A stretch of 64,000 nucleotides of DNA from Octopus vulgaris. Taxonomy: Eukaryota. Under the pieces are notes generated by a model. That model saw nothing but the letters and a program-made list of their open reading frames with translations, searched no databases and had not been told where the DNA came from. Positions within the stretch are counted from its first letter, which is position 1. Each line of letters starts with the position of its first letter. Shown here piece after piece: positions 12,944 to 26,780 of the stretch. The DNA lies in the NCBI GenBank assembly GCA_951406725.2, contig OX597815.1:174654001-174718000 (forward strand), written 5' to 3'. The position numbers and the translations under genes were made by a program.

Positions 12944-13170
12944 TTAACACTTTAGCATTTAATCTGACCATATCCAGCCCAAATATTCAACTAGTTTCAT
13001 GCTTAAACTGGCCAGATCTGGCCTCTTACACTTATCCTACAATGTTATTCTAAAAATAAAAAATCACGTCATTGAAATCTTGAAGATTCATAATAATACA
13101 CAATTAATACAAAATAATGTAAATAAATAGCATTGCATTTGACAGAATAATCTGAATGCTAAAGAGTTAA
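12944..13170 (+). mobile_element. TTAA-flanked (piggyBac-like) MITE
   Basis: TTAACACTTTAGCATT...AATGCTAAAGAGTTAA TIRs with TTAA at both ends. Confidence 0.78.
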
Positions 13171-13199
13171 TAATGAAAAATCTGTAGCGCATACTCTAG

Positions 13200-13380
13200 T
13201 GAAATTTCTTTCTCCTTTATTATATATACATACATTCGAACATAGCTGGTAACAGCTATCCTTTGGCCACTATTTGGACCCCATTGTATCCACCACTCTG
13301 ATTGGTTAGAATTGACGTAATTTGTTTCTTACTCTATCGTGTCAATATGCAACCTAACCAATCGCAGCCTCCAAATAAAC
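13200..13380 (+). repeat. Partial copy of the LTR 5' end
   Basis: Direct repeat of 14124-14305 (ATTATATATACATACATTCGAAC...AACCTAACCAAT.GCAGCCTCCAAATAAAC). Confidence 0.75.
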
Positions 13381-14123
13381 AATGCATGTTTGTAAATTTC
13401 AAAAGACTGGTTTTACATATTTTTTGCATGTTTTCACTTTTCAGGATACTTTTTTACACATTGTTCCTGTTTTTGATTGTTAAATGTTTTGTTCATATAT
13501 TTTTTATAACTGTCAAATATTTTTGCTCAATGTTCATACATACACACATGCAGGCTGTCTACCTCATGCTATCCACTCTGACACATTTCTAGGTTTATTC
13601 TAGCTGAATGTTTTTCTCAACCCCTTTCTCATCTGGCAAAAAGCTCCTAACATTTCTTTGCTGGTTTGTAGGATGCACAAACTACCTCTCATAAGCACAT
13701 TTTTCTTTGCATCATGTAGCGTTCCATGTATTTCTTCCTTTGGTGCCTGATCAACACCAACTTTCTTGCATGTTGGAACTTCTTTCTTTTGCCACCATCT
13801 TTATGACTTAACTCACTTGACTAGTCACTGTCGCTTTTCTAGCACCTACAGCCTTAGCCTCTGCTAACAATACACTGTTTTGCAGGCAAATTCTTGGCAC
13901 TGCTCATTCTCACAGCAACTAATATTCTTCTCTCATGTACCCGGATTTTTCACATTCCCATAATTTCCATTTAGCTGGATGTAGGTTCATCACATTTTCA
14001 CATCAAGTTTTGCTGGCTACACGACTTTGTCACCTCTTCACTACAGAACTATCTTCTTTTTATCGTCTATTTTGTCTTCCTCAAAATGACTTGTTGGAGT
14101 GCTGTCTGTTGCACACACTCTAA

Positions 14124-14820
14124 TGAAATTCCACTCTCCTTCATTATATATACATACATTCGAACGTAGCAGGTAACAGCTAACCTTTGGTTGCTATTTG
14201 GACCTCATTGTATCCACCACTCTGATTGGTCGGTATTGGTGCAATTTATCTTTTATTCTATCATGCCAATATGCAACCTAACCAATTGCAGCCTCCAAAT
14301 AAACCATGTGAGACAATCTGTACTCAACTCCAATTTTGAGCCTACCGTTAGCTATAAATACTCAACTTCACCTGGTCTGAAGGTCTTTGGTTCCAGACCT
14401 TCTAAGGTCTAACTACTGACCACATGACACAGACAGTTCCAGCGACGACACCAGACAACACCCATCCAACAGCATCACAGCAACCTCCATCTTTGTCGCC
14501 ACCATCATGTCTCTCACCGTCATCAACAACATCTCTACATACACAGCAACAGCCATGCTGCACAGGTTTAACATAGCACTGTTCATGAGCTCCCTCACTA
14601 TGGTTAACAGCTCCCTCACTATGGTTAACATACAACCCACACAGATGCATGTAAATATATCAATAAATCTTTCATAAGCTTTCTACTCAGTTGTGTCTCT
14701 TCTCTCTTTTCCAACTGGCACATTATACATATTATTTCAGCCTTCTGATATGAGTCATTATTAGATGGTCACACAACACACACCATGGACCACTATTTAT
14801 AATGGTGACCCCGATATGGG
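14124..14820 (+). mobile_element. LTR retrotransposon remnant (LTR plus PBS-like site)
   Basis: TG start, inverted CCAAT motifs, TATAAATA at about 14354, AATAAA at about 14662, then TGGTGACCCCGA (tRNA primer-binding-site-like) at about 14803. The 5' ~180 bp recurs at 13200-13380. Confidence 0.6.
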
Positions 14821-17269
14821 ACACCTTGACCAGCTTTAAATCTTTTTCACAACACATTCAGTAAGTGAGTGATTTTCAACCTTTATGATTTTTGTGGTGT
14901 AGGAGCAATCAAATACATTTTTTAAAAAACATCTTAGCACACTTTATATGGAAAGTTTTAAATTACAGGTATACTTTACATACAAAGTTAAAATGATTGT
15001 TTTAAAGTTTAAAATTTAGAAAAAATATATGGAAATTTAGAAAAAAATATATGGAAAGCTACTTTTGTATTTCGAGATGGTCATTTTTTTTTTTGCTTTC
15101 TTTGTTTTTTATTAATCATATTTGTCCACTATAAAATTATGAAAAACACATTTTCCTTACAACTCCTCCCCCAAGTATTAGCATGGATTTTCTGAAGCCT
15201 TGAATTTTAATTTTAAAAATCCAAGGTGTACCACTTTCATTGCACCATCGCACAGTTACTTGCCAAATAAGAATAATTGTTGAAAGTAATTTTCAGTCCA
15301 GTAATATCTATGATGCATTCATAAAAATTAAGCACAAAAGAAATCATGAATGCAATTTGGGCCTTTAAAAGTGTAAATTATTCAACAAAATTTGAAATAA
15401 CAGGATTAAAAAGTTATATCAACAGATAAAAAGTTTGAAAATATTTACTTTTGGAGCTAGACAAAAAAGAAAAGCTGCATCATTGCAATATAGATATGAA
15501 AAATATCAAAACATCTTAAGAAGAATTTAAGTTTGAATTATTGTAAAAATTGTAATGAATTAAACTGAATAATTTAATATTACCTTTGTTAGGAATAAGC
15601 TCCTTGCAAGTCAATTATACAACTCAGCTTTGATTATTGGCTGTAGTTATAAATGTTTGCATTTGGATAACTATTGTAATTTGAAAAGGTATCATTGTTG
15701 TCATTGTCATTACCATCATCACCACCACTGCCGCCGCCGCCACCATTGTCGTCATCGTCATCATTCAACATAAGTCTTCCATGCTGGTGTGAATTGGACA
15801 GTTTGACAGGATCTGATAAGCCAGAGGACTATATCAGATCCAATGTCTGTTTTGGCATGGTTTTTAAGGTTAGATGCCTTCCTAATGCCAACCACTTAAC
15901 AACATGTACTGGGTGCCATTTTTCATGACACTGGCACTAGTAAGGTCACCAAGAAACTCACCAGTCAAGCCCCCTTGACTAAGTAGGCATGTAATAGAGA
16001 ATGAGATGACTTTAGGCCATGTGTTCAGAGGTTAAAGTATGATAGAGGGACAAGAATAGGTATTTTGTTATAGAGATACAAGGCTACATCACATTACACT
16101 AATCTACTACCCTCAAAATAATTTGGGGAATCTTTGAATCTACTAGGCAAAGAAGTCTACATTCCAACATTAGTTTAATTCAAAAAACAGTAAGGTTATA
16201 TTTATTGGTACTTCTTATTCTCATGCGGGATTCTAACTAAAAGTAACCAAAATTTGCTTTCTTTCATTATTTATTGCCACTGTAGCTTCATCAGAGTTTT
16301 TAACACCCCCAAGCCCAATAAGCATGTGCCAATGTAAAAGAAAAAAAAATCATCCTTAATCTATTGTTTCTATACATTTGTAATATATAGAATTAAATAA
16401 AACATTTATATACTTACTGTGCTGACAGTGAAAGGACAAAATTTTTTAAAATTATCTAATATTCCTTATTCGTTGAATATTCCTGCTTAATTTTATTCCA
16501 AGCAGCCTTTAAATGCTACTTTAAAAATCAAATTTAATGAAGAAAATATAATGGCTAAATGAAAAAGATATTGGAATATTGAACAATAGAAATAGGTTTA
16601 GTGATACAATGAAGCAGAACTCAAAACATGAGTACGTATATATATATATATATATAAAATTAATGAGTTAAAATTTTTTTACATTAAGTTCTCATGCAAG
16701 ACATTGTTCTGTGTGGCCAAGACAATCAATTAGAAAACAGGTGTCATTCTTTGTTAATGTTTGATTAACTGAAATGAAGTAAAGAACAAAACAAAAGCTA
16801 AAACAAAAAAGCTTGTTTTCACAATAGTATCAAATATTTTATCTTGCAGATTATGTAATTCTGGGAAACACTAATGTCACTCATTGTCTCTGCATGTCTT
16901 CTTATTTCTTACATATTTATCATGTGTGATTGTATCTCCCTCCCTTCCTCTCTCCATGCTTCTACTTTTAATTCCTCTCAAAATAGTACACTGAAAATGA
17001 ATATCTATAATACTTAATTTATCTACAAATTATCTACTATGCACACAGATCACGTTTCTTCATTTTTCAAACACAATTTATTGCATCAGTTCATTAATCT
17101 AATAAATGTTGTTTTTCTCAATGAATCTTAATCATTCAAATATCACACTGGGCATTGAAAGTTTTTTTATGCACTTTCTTATTTGTTCTTCTGAACTAAC
17201 TAATTGCATACCACCTCCACCAGCCCAAACCAGCATATCCATTTCTCCTCTTTACAGCATCCCTATTCT

Positions 17270-17495
17270 TATTTCTTTACTGCCCACAAGGGGCTACACA
17301 GAGGGGACAAACAAGGACAGACAAACGGATTAAGTTGATTATATAGACCACAGTGCATAGCTGGTACTTATTTAATCGACCCCGAAAGGATGAAAGGCAA
17401 AGTCGACCTCGGCGGAATTTGAACTCAGAATGTAGTGGCAGATGAAATGCCACTAAGCATTTCGCCCGGCGTGCTAACGTTTCTGCCAGCTCGCC
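17270..17495 (-). mobile_element. tRNA-derived SINE family C with long TSD
   Basis: Head GGCGAGCTGGCAGAAACGTTAG...GAGTTCAAATTCC, central GCCTTTCATCCTTTCGGGGTCGATTAAATAAGTACC. TSD CTCTTT(A/G)CAGCATCCCTATTCT on both sides. Confidence 0.9.
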
Positions 17496-19057
17496 TCTTT
17501 GCAGCATCCCTATTCTGCCTCACTCGGAATGTTGGCTGTTTAGAATTCCCTACTAGTCTTAGTTTTTCTGGCAGCTATTGATTTAGAAATGTTCAAACTG
17601 ATCACAAAACAGTTTGGTCTCGAAAAGTTTCAAAGAGCTTGAAAGATAATGTGCATGCCTTCATTTCCAGACAAAGCCATTAAAAAAAAAAAAAAGAGAT
17701 GAAAGACTCAATGCATTAAAATAATTTTGATATGAAACTGCTAAACAACTTCACTGCAACACTTTTTATTATGTTGCCCTGGGAATACATCTGTAAAAGA
17801 AACAGTTTCTACAATATGCGAGTACAGTAGATTTCCACATATGAAATAGAAAGAGTTTTGTCTACTGATAACTTGAATAATCTCAGTTAATCAAAGTTTT
17901 TCAGTTCACCATATTACATATATGAGGATATACCACATTTGTATTTAGTATGTAGAACTCTCTCCTGTGATATTTTCCATTATCCACATTGTTAATATGC
18001 AAATGTATTAATATGCATACCCTGCTCTCCTGCTAGTATAGAAAGGGTAAGATAAAAGATATATAAAGTAAAAATCCTGCTAGTATAGAAAAGAGAAGAT
18101 AAAAGATATATGAAGCAAAAATCCTATTTAATTTATGCAGTTTTTGTTTACATATCAAGAACTGATTGGCTGGTGATAGGACATGAACTATCAGCCACTG
18201 GTCCTATAACTACTCTTGATTATTATACTTTGCATTTAAGTAGACAGTGGTACAAATATGAAGTAGATAAGATGTTTACTTGTTTCAGTCATTGGACTGT
18301 GGCTATGCTGGAGCACCACTTTGGGGGATTTTGTTAATCAAATCAACTCCAGTCCTTATTTTTGAGCCTGTTATTTATTCTATTGGCCTCTTTTTCTGAA
18401 CCACTAAGTTACAGGGATGTAAACAAACCAACACCAGTTGTCAAGTGCTATTGGGGCCAAACACAAAGACGTACATACGTAAATGCCTACCTACCTACCT
18501 ACATATATACATACATAAATATGTACGTACATATGCATGTATGTATATGACAGACTTCCACAAAGCCTCCATCTACCAAAGTTACCAGGCATTGGTCAGC
18601 CTGAGGCTAGAGTAGAAGACAATTGTCCAATGTGTCACAGAGTGGGACTGAACCTGAAACCACATGGTTGTAAAGCAAGCTTCTTAGCCGCACAACCATG
18701 CAGATTTTTTTTATTCAATTCTCTTTTGCCTATCATTTTATACAAATGCAACAAGTGTGATAATTTTCCTAAATGGACATTCATACCAGAGGAGAGCAAA
18801 GTAACTGAACACAGACATTGTTGTTTTTCAATTTGGAATTTCAATGCTAAAGAAATTAACAAACTTTCAATTGTCATACTTCAGATGTAGACCCAGCTAT
18901 AAAGCTTTTCTTCCTGTTGTATATAGGATCAAGTTCACATCATATCACTAAAAATCCATATATTTTCCAGATTATCAGTTGTGATCAATATAGCCATGTA
19001 CACATAGGAAAAAGTTAAATGTTAAAGAAAATTACTGTTATAATGATGGCATTTCAT

Positions 19058-19058
19058 T

Positions 19059-19098
<40 letters not shown>

Positions 19099-19104
19099 CA
19101 CACA

Positions 19105-19139
<35 letters not shown>

Positions 19140-19348
19140 GTATGTATGTATGTATAAATATATATATATATGTATGTATGTATACGTATATATAAATTTA
19201 TATATATATTTATATATGCATGTATGTATACATATATATAAATATACATATATATATAACTATACACATATATAAATATATATATATATATTTATGTATG
19301 TATGTATGTATGTATGTATGTATGTGTGTGTATGTATGTATGTATGTA

Positions 19349-19400
<52 letters not shown>
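19058..19400. repeat. Compound (TA)n/(CATA)n/(TATG)n microsatellite
   Basis: Direct inspection. Similar tracts at 7070-7160, 29490-29603, 50258-50328, 58420-58660, 60490-60680 and 62630-62820. Confidence 0.95.
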
Positions 19401-19406
<6 letters not shown>

Positions 19407-20562
19407 AAATCAGTGTGAGAAATATCTTGTATTTGCAGCACATTTCAAAGGTCAAATGACAAAAACTTTTTTAAAATTATAGTAGTAGTGGTGGTGGTGG
19501 TGGTGGTGGTGGTGTGGCGGCGGTGGCGGCGGTAGCAGTGGTAGTGGCTGTGGCAGCAGTGGTAGTTCATACTAATGATAATTATAATTGATTGTAAGAA
19601 AGAATATGATATTTTCCACCATCACAAAACTAGGCTAACAGAGTTCATTCAGAGGAATTTGGACAAATGGAAGATGTTAGGAAGAAACACAAAAAACACG
19701 AGGGAAGATCACTACAAAAAAACAAAAACAAAAAAAATCAATAATGAAATTTTTCAAAGGGAATGATATTAAAATCTTTGATTGAATTACTCTAGAAAAT
19801 GTAAGCAGAATATTTTAATGCTTATGGTTGTCATCAAGTTCAATGATGACCATTTTATTCTTTAATTTATGGATTCTTTGATGACTGTGCTCCCCAATGT
19901 TTATGTAAAGCTTCATGAAAAAGTTTGGTTGGAGAAATTAGGAGCCTGCATTTTATTCTTCTCTCATAGTGGTGTTGAGGGAGTTTCTCTCCCATATTTT
20001 CAATCCCATCTAGCATAGAGAATGCCAAATTAAACAATCTATCTTGATGTCCTACTTTTTTGAAGGGTTGATGTTACTCTTCTTCAAAGTGGTTTTTGAA
20101 GCAGTTCAAAGATCAGCCAAATACAACTTTGAAGAAGATATCTCTATAAAAGGGAAAGGTCACACTCAGTAACCCTCGCTATATGGATGACTTGAAGGTG
20201 CAATGTCAAAAACCACATAGAATGGCCATTTCAAACAGCCAAATGTTGAACCTAAAGAAACAAATACAAATATTTGGGAGTGCAGCAGGCTGACTCTGTC
20301 CAATACAAATCAATAAAATAACACATCTGAGAGGCTATAGACAAATGAAGTTAGTGCCTTCAGGGTATGTCATGACACATATCCACCACTGAGATATGTG
20401 GCATATTACTGTACTTGAGAAGACCTGTCCACCACAACAGAATTGAGATCCTAAAACCAAAGTGCTACATAAAATGCATTGGTATAGGTACTGGTGCCAC
20501 ATAAAAAGCACCCAGCAAACTATGTAAAGTGGTGGACATTAAGAAGGGCATCTAGCCATAGA

Positions 20563-20903
20563 GGATAAAGGATAAAGACCCCCTTTGGTCGTGAATGACC
20601 ATGAGATTGCTCTTTGAAAGTTCCCCTCCGAGGAACAACTCTGGGCAAGGTTGTTTATGGAAGAGTAGCAATCACCCATGCATACCAGCCTCCCCTCTTC
20701 ATGCCACTGATGTTATTCAAGGGAAAGGCAAATGCCAACACAGCTTGGCACCAGTAATGCTACTACTCATTTCTATAGCCGAGTGAACTGGAGCAATGTG
20801 AAATAAAATGTCTTGCTCAAGAACACAACACACAGCCCAGTCTGGGAATTGAACTCATTACCTCATGACTGTAAGCCCGACACTCTAACCACTGAGCCAT
20901 GCA
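20563..20903 (-). mobile_element. tRNA-derived SINE family D inserted into a family-B repeat
   Basis: Head TGGCTCAGTGGTTAGAG...GAGTTCAATTCCC, TSD CCATAGA (20556-20562 and 20904-20910). Other copies at 4657-4998(-), 10187-10503(-), 41297-41600(+) and 63822-64000(-). Confidence 0.88.
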
Positions 20904-21415
20904 CCATAGAAGCCAAGGCAAAAATGACTATGGAACCTGGTGCAGTACCTGGGTTTGCCAGTTCCTGTCAAGCTGTCCAACCTATGCCAGCATGGAAAAC
21001 GCACATTAAATGTTGATAACGGTGATCTCTCTCTCTCAGTCTCTCTACCTCTATCTTCCTCTCTAAGTCTCCTTCTCCAACTAGGATATCCTTTTACCTC
21101 TTATACAGCAATACATCTATCTCTCTCCCGTTATTAATTTTTTAACTTCTTGTCAACTGGCACTAAGCCACCTCCCTCAATACTACTTCTCTCCAGTCAA
21201 AGAGACTTTGTCTTGTCTTGCCAGTTACTTTGTGACCCTGCCAGTACTGGTGCCATGATAAGAAGTACCAAATACACTCTGTAAACTTGTTGGTATAAGG
21301 AAGGGCATCCAGCCATAGAATCTATGTCAAAAATGACAACAGAACCTAGCATAGCCCTCTGGCTTGCCAGCTCTTGTCGAACCATCCAACCCCTGACAGC
21401 ATGGAGAACAGACAT

Positions 21416-21417
<2 letters not shown>

Positions 21418-21475
<58 letters not shown>

Positions 21476-21570
21476 GTAATGATGGTGATGATGACAATTA
21501 CAATGAAGATGACAATGACGACAATAGAGGAGGGGGGGGAGGGGCAGCAGGAGGAGGAGGAGGAGGAGGA
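21418..21570. repeat. (GAT)n expansion of a family-B tail followed by (GGA)n
   Basis: Direct inspection. Explains the poly-D, poly-M and poly-H ORFs. Confidence 0.95.
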
Positions 21571-23359
21571 ATATCTGGACTGTCATGTACTTTCAGTATT
21601 GTCAATTGGTGAATGAGTCACCTCCTAAGTTTAATTGACAAGTCTAATAAATTCCTTATCATCCATAAAATGTGCTACATTAAAATAGCAGTCCACCCAC
21701 TTTATGTAAATAACAGGGGCCTAGCACAAGCACATACTCATCATAAGAAAAATCTGTACTAGGAATAAATGCCTCAAACTGCTACCAATAATTTTTAAAA
21801 TTTTAAAGTTCTTAAGAATTGTATCAGTCATAATTTAACAGCAAAGTTGAATTTCCTTGCATTCTTTTATCTGTTTTTTGGGTTTTTTTTTTTTGTATTT
21901 TACTTGTTTCAGTCATTAGACTGCAACCATGCTAGGGCACTGCCTAGAATTATTACTCAAATGAAACGCCCCTAGTACTTATATTTTAAGCTTGGTACTT
22001 ATTCTATCTGTCTCTTTTGCTGAGTTACTAATATACAGGGGCGCAAACACACCAACACCGGTTGTCAAGTGATGATGGGAGGACAAACACAGACAGAAAG
22101 ACACACACACACATAGATATGCATAGGTGCAGGAGTGGCTGCGTGGTAAGTAGTTTGCTTACCAATCACATGGTTCCAGGTTCAGTCCCACTGCCTGGCA
22201 CCTTGGGCAAGTGTCTTCTACTATAACCTTGGGCTGACCAAAGCCTTGTGAGTGGATTTGGTAGACAGAAACTGAAAGAAGCCCGTCGTATATATATGTG
22301 TGTAAATATATATATATATATATATAATTACAAAGTGAGATAGGAGTTGTGTGAGTGTAACCCTCTATGGGATAACATATATCCAATATACTGCCAGTAA
22401 AGCACCCAGTAAAGTTAATACATAAATGCTAAGAATTGCAATGCATGTATGTATGTATATGTTTGTGTGTCTGTATTTGTCCCCCCACCATCGCTTAACA
22501 ACTGATGTTGGCGTGTTTACATTCCATAACTTAGTGGTTCAGCAAAAGAGATCGATAGAATAAGTACTAGGCTTACAAAGAATAAATCCTGGGGTTGATT
22601 TGTTCGACTAAAAGAATATACAACGGGCTTCTTCCATTTTCCTTCCACAAAATCCACTTACAAGGCTCTGGTCAGCCTGAAACTATAGTAGAAGACACTT
22701 GCCCAAGGTGCCATGCAGTGAGACTGAACCCAGACTCATGTGGTTGGGAAGCAAGCTTCTTATCACACCACCACATCTATTTTTAATTGTATTTTGATCT
22801 AAAATTATGTTTCATATTTTTATGTTTGATTTCTAACAGGTCAACTGCATGTGGGTATTAAAAATGTCACAATTAGATTTGTCATTTATTTTTAAATACT
22901 TCCTCTATAGCGATTTCTTTTCATAGTATTCTTGTTTTTATTTATAGTTCTCTTTATCCTTAACTTTGAAATCTGCTGTTACTGTGTCCTCTGTATAGTC
23001 TCTGTGTGTTGCCTTCAATTTTATCTCTGCTTTAAATCTTACTGTTTGAATGACAAGTTATTGAAGGAACTTGAACATGGTCAATCAACTTAACTGTTAG
23101 AAATAGCAGCTAAAAATCATCAAATCACACTCTATTTTCTTCAATAAAGGTGTTGGATTATATAAAACCTGATATACAAACAGACAGGATGGTCATGATT
23201 AAGATACCATTAATCACAAGTTTGAGCAGGCTTCATCTTGAGCTAAACAAGAACAATAAAAACAATAACAAAGATTTTCTGACTAAGGTGGAATGTAGTG
23301 GGACATGAATATAACAGTGGCTCCCTTTGTTTATTTAATTTTTTTATAAATCTGAAGAG

Positions 23360-24700
23360 AATGGGTGGTTCCCATGAGCTTTGATGTAACTGGTGCTGTT
23401 CAGGTTGAACATCAATAATAAAAATAGATCAGAGAGAGAGAATTCCAGAAGGTTATTGTTCTGATGAGGAAAGACACATAAAAGTGTTTAGTGCAGAGAT
23501 GGGGAGAAAGGGACAATAGAGGTGACAGGTGGAAGAGAGATGAGTGGAATGCAAGGGTGTGGAATGGGGTGAATTTTTGCTGCTTGTTACTTCAGAGGAA
23601 CAGAAGCTATTGTAGAAGAGGCAGAGAGAAGAAATAGGGAATCTGTGAGTCAACAGTTGAAGCCTGCTTGTGATTGGATCTTTACCCATCAGTTTGATGA
23701 CCTTCTTTAAAATGTGATTCAGATTGTTTGTGTGTGTAGCTGCAGCAGTAGAGTATGAGTAGAGGGTAATTTGGTTACTACTGATATGAGAAGTATTCCA
23801 ACATAGGTCTTGTTTTAGTTTTCCAGATGATCAGCAGCTGATAGGGACTAAAGTATTTCTTGGATCTAAAGAGAAAATCAGGTGGAGAAATTTTAAGTTG
23901 CAGTAAGTAGAGATGGGTATGTGGATTTGAAAGAACCATCCGAATGTGGCTGTTGCCAGTACCGCCTCAACTGGCCTCTGTGCCGGTGGCAAGGTAAAAA
24001 TCACCAACTCATCGTGGCCGTTGCCAGCCTCGCCAGGCACCTGTGCTGGTGGCACGTAAAAAGCACCCACTACACTCACGGAGTGGTTGGTGTTAGGAAA
24101 GGCATACAGCTGTAGAAACACTGCCAGATCAGATTGGGCCTGGTGCAGCCTCCTGGCTTCCCTGGTTGAACCGTCCAACCCATGCTAGTATGGAAAGTAG
24201 ACGTTAAACGATGATGATGACGATGACGATGATGACCTCACAGAGTGATGACCATGCCTAGCATAGTTATGTGCTGCTCTTTGGCAAGGCATAGGGCCCA
24301 TTTAGCCAGCCTACCTGGAGTATGGTGAAGTCATGAGACTGCAGCATAGCAGATTGGGAAGAGGCACAAGAAGAGCTCAATTACATCAATGGTGCTTCTT
24401 AGATTGATGCTGAGCAGAAGGATCCTAGGAGATCAACAGTTAAGATCACCAAGCTCTATCAAGAGAGTAACTGCAAAGAATCCATAGGGGTGGCATCCAT
24501 CAGCTAATGAAATATTTACTATAGCTCAAGCTCCAAATTCATAATGGTGGTATTGGATGGTGACAGAGAGTCCTGGGAATCCATGAAAGCAGCAAAAAGA
24601 AAAAAAATGGAAATCAATCATTGTTGCTGAAATCCATGTGTGAGAGTCAAGAACTCTGGGAATAATTTGATGCAGGTGACTACTTAACACAGCACATCCT
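23360..24700 (-). mobile_element. Decayed Jockey/CR1-like LINE fragment interrupted by a family-B repeat
   Basis: GKDPITSRLQLLTHRFPISSLCLFYNSFCSSE resembles the post-RT LxHRRxVxxLxLFY...CSxE region. Boundaries are approximate. Confidence 0.5.
23935..24235 (+). mobile_element. Family B repeat nested in a LINE fragment
   Basis: Same core and (GAT/GAC)n tail. Confidence 0.85.
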
Positions 24701-26318
24701 AACTCATCATCAGTTTATTGAAGCAGATTTTCTATGGCTGAGTACCATTCTTGTTGCTGACCTTTGCTTGTTTTCAAGTAAAGTAATATTTCCCCATGGT
24801 CAGATATGTTTTTGAAGAATATTGGAAATGAATGACCACTGCTTGTCATGAGAAAGACACTACTATGCACTACCAAGACAAGGAGACACAAACACTCATA
24901 CACACATACAATCACACACATACACACATGCACATACAATCACACACAAGGGGGTCCTTCCAGTTTTTTTTACAATCAAATCCATTCAGAAGCCTCTGGT
25001 TAACCTGGGACTATAGTAAAGACACTTGCTCAAGGTGACTGAATTCAAAACAAACTTCTTATCCACATAGCCACACCTATATACTATGTGTGAATATTTG
25101 GTGTATCATGGTTTGACCTTAGTTATAGATCTAACCTTTAGCACATGGCTTCAACCAAATTCAGATACAAATTCTTTGTGTTTCATATATACACCTTAAC
25201 AATAAGGAAATTTATCATTATTTTTTTTATTCTGATTTATATCTTTTATCTTTAATCTGTTTTGGTCATTAGACTGCAGCCATGCTGAAGAATTTTTAGT
25301 CAAATGAATCAACCCCAGGACTTAGTTTTTTAAAGCCTGGTACTTAGTCTATCAGTTGCTTTTGCCTAACCACTAAGTTATGGTAACATAAACAAACCAA
25401 TACTGGTTGTCAAGTGGTGATGGGAGACAAACACAGAGTCAAAGACACACACATGTGCACGCACGCACATGCACACACACACATGGGCTTATTTTAGTTT
25501 CTGCCTATCAGATCCACTTACAAAGTTTTGGTCAACCTGAGACTATAGTAGAAGGCATTTGCCCGAGGTGCCATGTAGTGGGACTGAACCTGGAAGGATG
25601 TGGTTAGGAAGCAAACTTCTAACCACACAGCCACTAGTTATATTTTTATATGTTCACACACACACATATTGATTTCTCTGCCCATGTGCAAGTTTATATA
25701 TGTCTCTTTATAAACATGGATAAAGATTATGAGATTAACAGATGACACTCATTGGTATATTCAACAATGCATATATATGCACATACTTAATGCTACAAGT
25801 GCAGTGACCATCCATCTTTATTGCATGTATAGAAATACCTATAAATTTTGATAAGGTCTTTTAAATTATCACAGAATACTGTATGATAGCTAGACTGCAA
25901 GAAATAGCAACCAAACCCTCGTCAAACCCAAAAGTCACCATCAGACCTATGATGTCCCATGTCCAAGATGTTACAATCATGTCAAGAAAATTTTCTGGAT
26001 ATAATTGATTCATTTTTCAGAATATCTAGACTCGGTGTTGCCATGACAATCAATAAATCTCAAGTTAAAACCAGGTGACTTAATGTATGGTGTTACTTTG
26101 ATACAATAGCAGAACAGTGTAACTATGATTGTCTTTTTATAGATTGTGGTAATACAGCCAAAAATCAAAATGATTTTTACTTGGGTGGTAGATTTAATCT
26201 TCCACCTAGTTTTTGAGAGACTGTAGCAGTCCATTCTATAACAAGCATGAAAGCTTCCTTCCTCTTTGCCACCAGGGAAAAATAGCAGCAAATCTGTGAT
26301 CATTATTAATTAATGATA

Positions 26319-26745
26319 TGGCAGTGAGCTGGCAGAATCATTAGCATGCTGGACAAAATGCTTATAGGTATTTTGTCCATCTTTATGGTCTGAGTTCAAA
26401 TTCTGCCAAGATTGACTTTGCCTTTCATCCTTTCAAGGTGGATGAAATAAATACCAGTTGCAAACTAGTCCTCTGTGTCCAAATTTCAGGCCTTGAGCCT
26501 TTAGTAGAAAGGATTATTAATTGATGATAAGGGAGTGGGCTGGTAGAATTGTTAGCATCTGGGCAAAATGCTTAGTGGCATTTCATCCATCTTTTTATGT
26601 TCCGAGTTCAAATTCTGCCACGATCAACTTTGCTTTTCATCCTTTCAGGATTGATAAAATAAATACCAGTTGAACACTGGAGTCAATGTAACTGACTTAT
26701 CCCCTCCCTGAAATTTCTGGCCTTGTGCCAAAATATGAAACCATT
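26319..26745 (+). mobile_element. Two tandem SINE family C copies
   Basis: Heads at about 26319 and 26530, each followed by the central GC(C/T)TTTCATCCTTTC block. A further copy lies at 11325-11522(-). Confidence 0.8.
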
Positions 26746-26780
26746 ATTAATTAATTGATGATTTATCATCACTTTGGAAG

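Noticed and set aside
19058-19459. Y/I/C/V/H/T-rich ORFs (also at 29336-29652, 40919-41192, 58395-58908, 60360-60665, 62574-62844)
   Set aside because: They are translations of TA/CA/TATG microsatellites, which lack stop codons by composition.
21197-21616. Poly-His, poly-Met and poly-Asp ORFs
   Set aside because: They are three readings of one (GAT)n retroposon tail.
23461-23500. CTGATGAG-GAAA hammerhead-like core
   Set aside because: There is no stem II or stem I pairing, and it lies within a LINE fragment, so it is a chance match.
26010-26303. 97-aa minus-strand ORF in non-repeat sequence
   Set aside because: No recognisable domain and no convincing splice sites that fit a gene model.
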